Source: Ignavibacteria bacterium
GTDB lineage: Bacteria > Bacteroidota > Ignavibacteria > Tepidaquicellales > OLB5
Direction of reading: 5' to 3'
DNA: 64,000 nt
NCBI GenBank assembly: GCA_019912545.1
Contig: JAIOIK010000204.1
Location: 79 to 64,078 of the forward strand
Part shown: positions 56,140 through 64,000 of the stretch, in pieces
Position numbering within the stretch: position 1 is the stretch's first letter
Layout: each line of letters begins with the position of its first letter
Made by a program: the position numbers and the translations under genes
Notes under the pieces: model-generated
What the model was told of the DNA's origin: nothing
The model's database searches: none
What the model saw: only the letters and a program-made list of their open reading frames with translations

Positions 56140-59100
56140 ATGTCTATGAAAATGAAAATACTCTTTATTCCCATTATCTTGTTAATAGTATCAGTTTCCG
56201 TATCTTCACAAAACTTAACAACATTCACTAATAATGATTTGGTAACACTCAAGAAACCTTTGCAACTATCGGATGAAGAACTTATCAAGTTAAGCATTCA
56301 GAATATTTTACACTTTTATGATGTCAAATTAAATGTAAAAAATGATTTGATTAGAGGAAATTATACCGCAAAGAAGATTAATGAAGGAAAAGACGGGTAC
56401 AAAATTGAACTTTGGGATTCAAAGATAAACAACCAGAGCAACACCATAGTTTTGAAAAGAAAAAAGGACAAAAACGGTACAACTTTTCTTGAATTTGATG
56501 AAAAAGGTTTAAGTCAATGGATAATATCGAAATTTAAGACATCGGAATTTCTTGATAAAAGCTCTCTGTTTGGTTCGTTTTATGTTGATAGACCCGATAT
56601 ACTATGGGACAAAGAAATATTGGACTTAGGCAGATACGGAAATTATGGAAAAATTCTAAATCGCCAGATTTGTATGGAACATTTAGTTTATTCAGAATCC
56701 AAAACGCATAGTCCTTTATTTGTTTATGTAGTTGGTGGTTCTCTGGTTCCATTTGATAATGGAAATAGGGCTAAAATAATGTATGTTGACAAGTATCATA
56801 ACGTCATAAAATATGCAGATAGAGACATGATGAAAAATGGAATATTTACATATGGTGAGCGTGGTTCAAGTAACAATCAGCTGGCTGCACCAACAAGTAT
56901 TACTTTCGGCATAGACACTAATTCTGAAAATGTTTTCCCAATGTATATTACCGATCAAAATAACAACAGAATTATCAAAATTAACTATGATGTGTTTTCA
57001 GATGCAGGAGGGGGTTTTGATAAAAATTCCTTTACAGTTCTAAATGATTCAGTGCAATCGCCATATAATATTTCCTATTTTGGTTATGGTGCACCTCTAT
57101 CTAATAATAAATTATGGGTAAGTTGTGCTTCGGGTAACAGACCTCATATCTTATGCTTAGATTTGGAAGGTAATGTTCTACAGCGTATTGATGGATTCAG
57201 ATGGGCAAATCAGGATTACATGTTTCTAGCAAACTCCCAAATATATCTGACAACATATTCTGATGGGTTTAGTAGTCTAGTATTCATTGATAATATTAGA
57301 AATTATGTAGTAAGTTGTCTCTTAGAGGGAGATGGAACAGCAAACCTGATATCTGCTGGCAGTAATGAGTTTATAATTCAAACTGCACATGTTCTATATC
57401 TGCCTAATGATCATAAACTAAATTCTGTAAACTTTCTGAAAACATCCCATTTGACACTGCAGTGGCCTTACTTAATTGTCACTTCTGGTGTCTCAAATTT
57501 TAGTGAACAGGATATTTCGAAAGTACATTTATTCAAAATCAATAAAAGTGCAATTTTTCAATATTTGGCCTCAACGAATCTTCCACGTAATACAGATGGC
57601 AATAGACCTTTCAACAGTATGCTCAATTCTATTTCTGCCAACGGTCATTATGATATATTTACAGTTGAACAGTGGTCTAATACACACGGTATAAGAAAAT
57701 ACTTTCTATTTGCAGATATATATAACGATGTGTTCTATCCATATTGCAGCGATAGCCTTGATCAGATAAAACTAGAAGGTACGTTTACAAATGATTGTTG
57801 GGCAAAATTTAGCGTGGAAACATTGAGTCCAGACTCTCAGTGGATTCCAGTTGAAATTAAGAGTATTGAAAAGGGCACGGTTGAAATCTTACCATCTAAT
57901 ACTTATCAAGCAAAAGTATATTGTTATGCAGGTTGGACAAATGAATTTCCCGTAAAACTGCAACTCAGTCTCCCTATAGAAAATTATGCTTTAGGTGGAC
58001 GCTTAAGAATAAAGATGAAGTTATACCCTGAATATGCCGATACAAATTTTTATGAATTCACTGAAAGAACATATGAAGTTAATATCAAAAAAACCTGTCT
58101 CCCGAAACCTGGCGGCTGCCCATTTTTGTATATAAAAAATGACAGTCTTGAGTATAAAGTTGATAACAATTTACTCCATCGTTCAGAGTTTTCAACACCA
58201 GAAATTGATATTAGGGATTTATACAAGATACAAATAAAGCCCACTTTTTCAAATCACAGTCAATTGGAAGCTGCAATTATTGAAAATGAGAATGATGTGA
58301 GCTATATTAATCAGGTAAAAATGTATGCAGTTGACTACCCAATTGGCAAAAAGCTTGCTGTTACAGAAGGCAATGATATTGTATTATATGATTCAATCTA
58401 TGTTACAGCCAGCGATTCCGTTATGCGGTATGTGAATGGGTTTTCTATTAATGCAACAAGTAATGTAAATTACCATAATCCGGGAAGTCCGATCATTGCA
58501 AGTGCTGATGATAGTATGTACGCAAATTTTTCTTATGGCGATAAAAGATTGAATTCGAAAAACAAAGACAATGCGAAGAGACTTATTGATCTTAATCGCG
58601 CAAAAGCAATTAATTCAGATATCCGTGCACCATTAAATGTGGCTTTTGTTTCAGACTTGTCAAATATAAACCCGCTTATTCCTGCTGCTAAGGATACTTC
58701 AGGGTATTTGATTGCAAATTCAGTTAATTTGGAAGTGTTTACAGGTATTTTTTCGCGTCGGGAGTTAAATTCAACAGTTGTTCTTCCACTATTTCAAACA
58801 GAGGATATTGTGGATAATTTTAAAATTCATTGGCAGAGTGATTTTACAATGAAAAATTTAGGAATAGCTTATCTTGATTATGAAGGTTTTACACAAACAG
58901 AAATGACACTCAACGAGGGTAATTCACTGACAATTTCAACCGATAGCAGCAAGATAGAAGAACTTATTGATAACGATAACAATTATGCTATTGTAAATGC
59001 AGAAACTATGTTGAAGCTAAAGTTCGGAACTTCTAATCTTCCTGAGTTACCAAAGGAATCGAAAAGGGAATACATAATAGAAGTTAACGGATATTATTTA

Positions 59101-59415
59101 AATGGCGACACTAGTTCATTATTAAGAAAGTCCGTTGTAGAAATACCGGCTGTTTATAAATTATCTCAGAATTATCCTAATCCGTTCAATCCGGTAACAA
59201 AAATAAACTATGAATTACCAAAAAATAGTATAGTTAATTTAGTCATTTATGATATTCTCGGAAGGGAAGTTATAAAGCTAGTAAATAATGAAATTCAACA
59301 GGCAGGCAGATTTACTGTTGAGTTCAACGCACAGAATTATGCTAGTGGTGTCTACTTCTATCGAATTGAAGCAGGCAGCTTTGTTCAATCAAAAAAAATG
59401 ATCCTGCTTAAATGA
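56140..59415 (+). CDS. large secreted protein (NHL-like repeat region) with a T9SS sorting domain
   Basis: It has a signal peptide and contains 'MYITDQNNNRIIKINY'. The tail reads 'SQNYPNPFNPVTKINY...GVYFYRIE'. Confidence 0.7.
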   Translation: MSMKMKILFIPIILLIVSVSVSSQNLTTFTNNDLVTLKKPLQLSDEELIKLSIQNILHFYDVKLNVKNDLIRGNYTAKKINEGKDGYKIELWDSKINNQSNTIVLKRKKDKNGTTFLEFDEKGLSQWIISKFKTSEFLDKSSLFGSFYVDRPDILWDKEILDLGRYGNYGKILNRQICMEHLVYSESKTHSPLFVYVVGGSLVPFDNGNRAKIMYVDKYHNVIKYADRDMMKNGIFTYGERGSSNNQLAAPTSITFGIDTNSENVFPMYITDQNNNRIIKINYDVFSDAGGGFDKNSFTVLNDSVQSPYNISYFGYGAPLSNNKLWVSCASGNRPHILCLDLEGNVLQRIDGFRWANQDYMFLANSQIYLTTYSDGFSSLVFIDNIRNYVVSCLLEGDGTANLISAGSNEFIIQTAHVLYLPNDHKLNSVNFLKTSHLTLQWPYLIVTSGVSNFSEQDISKVHLFKINKSAIFQYLASTNLPRNTDGNRPFNSMLNSISANGHYDIFTVEQWSNTHGIRKYFLFADIYNDVFYPYCSDSLDQIKLEGTFTNDCWAKFSVETLSPDSQWIPVEIKSIEKGTVEILPSNTYQAKVYCYAGWTNEFPVKLQLSLPIENYALGGRLRIKMKLYPEYADTNFYEFTERTYEVNIKKTCLPKPGGCPFLYIKNDSLEYKVDNNLLHRSEFSTPEIDIRDLYKIQIKPTFSNHSQLEAAIIENENDVSYINQVKMYAVDYPIGKKLAVTEGNDIVLYDSIYVTASDSVMRYVNGFSINATSNVNYHNPGSPIIASADDSMYANFSYGDKRLNSKNKDNAKRLIDLNRAKAINSDIRAPLNVAFVSDLSNINPLIPAAKDTSGYLIANSVNLEVFTGIFSRRELNSTVVLPLFQTEDIVDNFKIHWQSDFTMKNLGIAYLDYEGFTQTEMTLNEGNSLTISTDSSKIEELIDNDNNYAIVNAETMLKLKFGTSNLPELPKESKREYIIEVNGYYLNGDTSSLLRKSVVEIPAVYKLSQNYPNPFNPVTKINYELPKNSIVNLVIYDILGREVIKLVNNEIQQAGRFTVEFNAQNYASGVYFYRIEAGSFVQSKKMILLK

Positions 59416-60418
59416 TCTGATCTATATCATAACTAGGGAGTGCAATAATTTTCTTTCCGTCCCATATGATGTTCTGAGTTGCGGGTTCTTTTCGCACTTT
59501 GCACTCGGGCATGTTGCATAAAAAGCAGCATCTCGGATTGCATGGATCCAGATGAACAAATAATTCAACCTTTCCCGTATCCAATTCTTTCTTAGCTACA
59601 GCTTCCAGGCGGTGGAATGAATCATGGCTTTCGCTCACGCTTTGATAGTACGGTACTATTAAATGAAAATCGACCATGAAAGTATCGCCGGATTTCCAGT
59701 ACCTTAGCCTGTGTACATCTATCCAGTTTGGATGTGTGTTCCTTTCGCTCTCAAGTACAGCAGCAATACTTTCAATAATTGTCTTGTCAGTTTCATTCAT
59801 TAATCCGCCAACAGATTCTTTCAGCAAATCTTTTCCTGTCCATAATATATTAAGGGCGAGTATAATAGCGATTATAGGATCGAACAGAGTGATATCTGTA
59901 ATCAACACCAGTATCAGCGCCGCAACAGCGCCAAAGCTTGTAATTGAATCAGTTAATACATGTTTGCCGTCTGCAATCAGTACAATACTTTTTGTTCTTT
60001 TGCCGGTCCGTATCAGGTACAATCCAAGCAATAGATTAACCACGCTTGCCACTGTAATTATTGCCGCACCTGAATCAAGTGAAGATATTTCCCTGCCAAC
60101 AATAATATCCCTTACGGCATAAAAAATAATAGAGATCGCCGCAATAATAATTAACGCGCCCTCAAAACCGGCTGAGAAGAATTCAACTTTCCCGTGGCCG
60201 TAGGGATGCTCAAGGTCCGGAGGCTTAGTAGCAAGGTGCAGGCTATAAAATGCAAACGAAGTTGCGAAAATATGGACTACGGATTCAAGGGCATCTGAAA
60301 GTACTGCTGCGGATCCTGTCAAAACATAAGCGCCCATCTTACCAAAGAACATTAGAAATCCTATGATGAGTGAGATAAGAGCAGCCTTCTTCTTAAGCGC
60401 GATTTGTGCAGTTTCCAT
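59408..60418 (-). CDS. cation diffusion facilitator transporter with a Cys-rich C-terminal extension
   Basis: It contains 'SAAVLSDALESVVH' and 'HVLTDSITS'. The tail reads 'DPCNPRCCFLCNMPECK'. Confidence 0.85.
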   Translation of the reverse strand: METAQIALKKKAALISLIIGFLMFFGKMGAYVLTGSAAVLSDALESVVHIFATSFAFYSLHLATKPPDLEHPYGHGKVEFFSAGFEGALIIIAAISIIFYAVRDIIVGREISSLDSGAAIITVASVVNLLLGLYLIRTGKRTKSIVLIADGKHVLTDSITSFGAVAALILVLITDITLFDPIIAIILALNILWTGKDLLKESVGGLMNETDKTIIESIAAVLESERNTHPNWIDVHRLRYWKSGDTFMVDFHLIVPYYQSVSESHDSFHRLEAVAKKELDTGKVELFVHLDPCNPRCCFLCNMPECKVRKEPATQNIIWDGKKIIALPSYDIDQII

Positions 60419-60482
60419 TACTTCACAAATATAGCTTAAAATTACAGTATTTTAATAATTACTTTTTTAGCTCTTGACAAAA

Positions 60483-60530
60483 AAGTTTCCTTTTGTTATT
60501 TTGGAAACTTAAGAAACGAAAATAGTTTCC
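60483..60530. promoter_or_regulatory. candidate TetR operator: AAGTTTCC-N12-GGAAACTT plus a third half-site TAGTTTCC
   Basis: Read directly from the sequence, 40-85 nt upstream of the TetR start at 60568. Confidence 0.4.
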
Positions 60531-60567
60531 TAAATGTAAGAGATTACATATTTACAGTAATTTAAGA

Positions 60568-61194
60568 ATGCCAGAAGTTACCGAAAGAGAAAAAATCCTG
60601 TATTTCACCCATGCAAAGTTCATTACCGAAGGGTTTTATAAGACCACTATGGATGAAATTGCGCGTGACCTTCAGATCAGTAAAAAAACAATATATAAAC
60701 ATTTTGAATCCAAGGAAGATCTGCTGGGAAGTGTATGCGATGCAAGAATAGAAATGATCCATAAGTTTATGGATGATATAGTTGATTCCGATGAAGATTC
60801 CATTACGAAATTTCTCCGCATACTTAACAAACAAAAGAGTATGTCAATGAACTGCAGTGTTACCTGGTTTAAGGACCTTCAAGTCCACGCTCCGCATCTG
60901 GCAAAGAAATTTGATGAGGTAAGGTCAAACAAGGTTACCAATATGCTTGTTAAACTGCTTGAACAGGGCAAAAGAGAGAATATGATTGAAGATGTTCCAA
61001 ATGATATATTAATAACTGCAATAAACGGGGCAATGGAAGCTGTAACAAAAGCAGATTTTATTCTCAACAGCAAATACTCTTTTCATGAAGCGATGAGAAT
61101 TACTGCTGAGATATTTTTTAACGGATTTCTGACTCCGCTTGGCAGGGACAAATATTCAAATACAAAAAAGCTTTTTGATAATGCACTTCAATAA
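60568..61194 (+). CDS. TetR/AcrR family regulator of the efflux operon
   Basis: It has the HTH 'FYKTTMDEIARDLQISKKTIYKHFESKEDLL'. Confidence 0.85.
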   Translation: MPEVTEREKILYFTHAKFITEGFYKTTMDEIARDLQISKKTIYKHFESKEDLLGSVCDARIEMIHKFMDDIVDSDEDSITKFLRILNKQKSMSMNCSVTWFKDLQVHAPHLAKKFDEVRSNKVTNMLVKLLEQGKRENMIEDVPNDILITAINGAMEAVTKADFILNSKYSFHEAMRITAEIFFNGFLTPLGRDKYSNTKKLFDNALQ

Positions 61195-61212
61195 AGTTCT
61201 ATAATTCATAAT

Positions 61213-62517
61213 ATGAATAAATTAACTTCAGCGGTCATAATACTGCTTTTAGCCGGATTAACTTACTCGCAGGGCGTAACTACATTAAATCTTTCCGAGG
61301 CTATTAATCTTGCTAAGAAAAATAACCCCGATTATGTAATAGCAAAACTTGATCTTATGAAGGCTGATAAAAAGGTCTCTGAGGTTTATAGTGAAAATCT
61401 TCTTCCAACAATTACGCTGAACTCAAGATATTCAAGGTCCTTCAAAAAGCAGGTCATTAATATCTTTGGGCAAAGCATAGAAATGGGCTCGGATAATAGT
61501 ATAACAACTACGATTGACGTCGCCGAGCCTATTCCTTTTTTAGGTACCCCTGTTTTTAACGGGATAAGAATTGCGGAGTACTATTCAAACATACAAAAAG
61601 AAAATGTTAACCAGGTAGAGGCAAAAATAAAATCTGATGTTAAGAAGTCTTTTTATAATGTTCTGCTGCTTAAAGAACTAATAAGGCTTAACCAGCAGAG
61701 TATTGATAATGCCACCGAAAACCTCAGGGTAGTAGAAGCCAGGTATAAAGCCGGCGTTGCTTTGGAATATGACTATCTTAGGGCAAAAGTTAAAGCCGAA
61801 ACACTTGTTCCTCAGCTTACACAATCACAGAATAACCTGCAGATCGCCAAGAAATATCTTAAAAATACCGTTGGCCTAAAAGATAATAATGATGTTGATG
61901 CCACCGGGATCTTGTTTTATGACAGCACCGAAGTTTGGGGTACGATGGATAACCTCATCAGCAGTATTTCAGAAAAAAATGTTGCTGTTCGCCAGCTTAA
62001 ATTGGGTAAACAGATCAATGAACAGCTTGCTGAGGTCACTTATTCAAACTACCTGCCGAAATTTTATTTGTTCGGGCAGTATTCATTGCAGGCAAGTGAA
62101 AATGACGATGTATCAATAGCAAGATATCGTTTCTATAATATAGTAACCGCCGGAATAGGCTTAACGTGGAATCTCAACCTTTTCCGCAACAGCTACGCTG
62201 AAGACCAGTCTTTGCTTGAAGTAAGAAAATCAGAAGAGCAGATATCAAAAGTGAAAGAGCTTTTAAAAACTCAGGCAGAAAGTGTTGTGCTCAGAATTGA
62301 AGATGCAAAAAACAGGATCCGCTCACAGCAGGAAATTGTCTCTACCGCCGAGCGCGGCTATGAGCTTGCAGTTATCAGCTACAAAAACGGCGTGCTTAAC
62401 CAGATAGATGTTGTTGATGCAGAGCTTGCATTAAGCCAGGTTAAGCTTGCTTACGTGCAGGCTATTTATGATTACCTTATTGCCCGGACAGATCTTGAAC
62501 AGCTTCTGGAAAAGTAA
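61213..62517 (+). CDS. TolC family outer-membrane efflux protein
   Basis: It has a signal peptide and two OEP repeats ('L.L.EAI..A..NN'). Confidence 0.85.
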   Translation: MNKLTSAVIILLLAGLTYSQGVTTLNLSEAINLAKKNNPDYVIAKLDLMKADKKVSEVYSENLLPTITLNSRYSRSFKKQVINIFGQSIEMGSDNSITTTIDVAEPIPFLGTPVFNGIRIAEYYSNIQKENVNQVEAKIKSDVKKSFYNVLLLKELIRLNQQSIDNATENLRVVEARYKAGVALEYDYLRAKVKAETLVPQLTQSQNNLQIAKKYLKNTVGLKDNNDVDATGILFYDSTEVWGTMDNLISSISEKNVAVRQLKLGKQINEQLAEVTYSNYLPKFYLFGQYSLQASENDDVSIARYRFYNIVTAGIGLTWNLNLFRNSYAEDQSLLEVRKSEEQISKVKELLKTQAESVVLRIEDAKNRIRSQQEIVSTAERGYELAVISYKNGVLNQIDVVDAELALSQVKLAYVQAIYDYLIARTDLEQLLEK

Positions 62518-62519
62518 AA

Positions 62520-63638
62520 ATGAAACCAAATAACAATAATTACTTGAAATCCACAATTATTAATAATTCATCCATCATGAAATCTAAAATCTTTCTGTCG
62601 TTAATACTGATCATATTTTTTGGCTTAAGCTTATTATCAGGCTGCGGCGATACCGGCGGTGAAACCAAAAACGATGAAAAAGACTCCGAAAACAAAAAAC
62701 TTCCCGTAGTTAAAGTAATGGAAGTGAATACTTCGCCGTTTTCAGAAAATCTGAAAGTTGTTGGTATTGTAAAACCGTTGGCCGCTGCCAAACTATCTTC
62801 TGAAGAAGGAGGACTCATCACTTACTTAACCAAAGATAAAGGAAGTAGTGTAAGAAAAGGCGAGCTTGTTGCCCGAATAAAAAAAGATTTTGAGAGCGCT
62901 TCACTGGAGCAAAGTGAAGCCCAGGTTGAGCTTGCCAGGATGAATTATGAAAAACAAAAACAGCTTTACGAAGAAAATGCTACAACAGAAATTCAGTACT
63001 TAACAGCAAAATGGCAGTATGAAGCAGCTGTGAGAGGCACTGATATTCTTAAAACAAGATTAAAAACAGGATTTGTCCGCTCACCGATAAATGGTATTGT
63101 AAATGAAAAATATATGAATAAAGGTGAGATGTCAGCGCCCGGGGCGCCGATAATGAATATAATAGATATTTCAAGCGTAAAAATCTCAGCCGGTGTACCC
63201 GAAAGATTTATCGAACAGATCAAAATGGGTTTGCTGGTTAATGTTACCGTTGATGTTCTACCCGGTGTGGAATTTACAGGGAAGATAAGTTACATCGCAC
63301 CGGATCTTTCTTCGGTAAACCGCACAATGGAAATAGAAGTGATAATCCCGAACCGTGATAAGATATTGAAACCGGAAATGAGTGCAAATGTTACGATCAC
63401 ACAGGCTGTTAATAATTCTGCAATAGTATTACCGCAGGATTATTTAATTGATTTTGGAGAGAATAACAAATATTTATTTGTGCTCGAAGGAAACACTGCC
63501 AGAAAACGTATGATAACTATAGGAGGTAGGAACGGAAATAATGTGTTGATTATTTCCGGGTTAAACCCCGGTGAAAATGTGATATTTGAAGGTTTTCAGC
63601 AGCTTGCTGATAATGACAAAGTTCAGGTTATAAATTAA
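62520..63638 (+). CDS. efflux RND periplasmic adaptor (MFP/HlyD family) lipoprotein
   Basis: It has the lipobox LSGC plus biotinyl-lipoyl-like and beta-barrel segments. The start may be the internal MKSKIF at 62577. Confidence 0.85.
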   Translation: MKPNNNNYLKSTIINNSSIMKSKIFLSLILIIFFGLSLLSGCGDTGGETKNDEKDSENKKLPVVKVMEVNTSPFSENLKVVGIVKPLAAAKLSSEEGGLITYLTKDKGSSVRKGELVARIKKDFESASLEQSEAQVELARMNYEKQKQLYEENATTEIQYLTAKWQYEAAVRGTDILKTRLKTGFVRSPINGIVNEKYMNKGEMSAPGAPIMNIIDISSVKISAGVPERFIEQIKMGLLVNVTVDVLPGVEFTGKISYIAPDLSSVNRTMEIEVIIPNRDKILKPEMSANVTITQAVNNSAIVLPQDYLIDFGENNKYLFVLEGNTARKRMITIGGRNGNNVLIISGLNPGENVIFEGFQQLADNDKVQVIN

Positions 63639-63661
63639 CGGGAAATATAAAAGATATAAAA

Positions 63662-64000
63662 ATGAATATTGCAAAATTTTCCATAAAAAATAAAGTTACA
63701 GTCTATATTTTTATGGCTATAATAGTCATCTACGGCGCAATATCTTATATATCGATGCCGCGCGAAGCAGCTCCTTCAATCACTATCCCTTTTGTGTTTG
63801 TTAATACACCATATATCGGTGTATCTCCTGCTGATATTGAGAACCTCGTAACGCAGAAAATTGAATCTGAAGTAAAAGGTATAAAAGATATTAAGAAGAT
63901 AACATCTGTATCTCAGGAAAGTTTTTCCAATGTTTCTATTGAGTTTAACCCGGATGTAAAAATTGAAGATGCTCTCCAGAAAGTCAGAGATAAGGTTTCA
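63662..64000 (+). CDS. efflux RND permease (AcrB/HAE1-like), 5' partial, runs off the window
   Basis: My own translation gives MNIAKFSIKNKVTVYIFMAIIVIYGAISYISMPREAAPSITIPFVFV. The frame stays open to the window end. Confidence 0.85.
   Translation, partial: MNIAKFSIKNKVTVYIFMAIIVIYGAISYISMPREAAPSITIPFVFVNTPYIGVSPADIENLVTQKIESEVKGIKDIKKITSVSQESFSNVSIEFNPDVKIEDALQKVRDKVS

Overview
This is an AT-rich chromosomal segment, most likely from an Ignavibacteria-like member of the FCB (Bacteroidota/Chlorobi) group. Supporting that placement, four large secreted proteins end in the T9SS sorting tail 'YPNPFNP...GVYFYR', BshA is present, and Shine-Dalgarno sequences are rare. The backbone is ordinary housekeeping: tag, cdaA, pcm, miaA, bshA, rsfS, accBC, efp, gap-pgk, paaABCD with a TetR regulator, MATE, tadA, mutS, tmk, a Ctp-like S41 peptidase, phoH, guaA, a CDF transporter and a TetR-TolC-MFP-RND efflux operon. 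I saw no CRISPR array, rRNA, integrase, transposase or recognisable multi-gene defence island. The unusual signal is at small scale. At least six tiny accessory cassettes are wedged exactly at housekeeping gene junctions: a GIY-YIG gene, a four-helix-bundle ('23S rRNA IVS') gene, a GxxExxY gene, two DUF433/DUF5615 toxin-antitoxin pairs, and an orphan antitoxin with a toxin stub. Four of the six are bracketed by their own repeat pair. The GIY-YIG gene lies between an intact tRNA-Ser(GGA) and a full-length decayed copy carrying two hairpin insertions. The GxxExxY gene is flanked by about 41-nt imperfect inverted repeats. The four-helix-bundle gene sits inside the paa operon between inverted heptamer arrays. 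One TA pair sits between a duplicated terminator exactly 800 bp apart. Secondary items are several apparent pseudo-enzymes, a gap-pgk-aminotransferase-CDP-alcohol transferase operon, a paralogous LysM/coiled-coil array, a T9SS cargo cluster and a possible sRNA. All family calls come from motif recognition by eye, and no searches were run.
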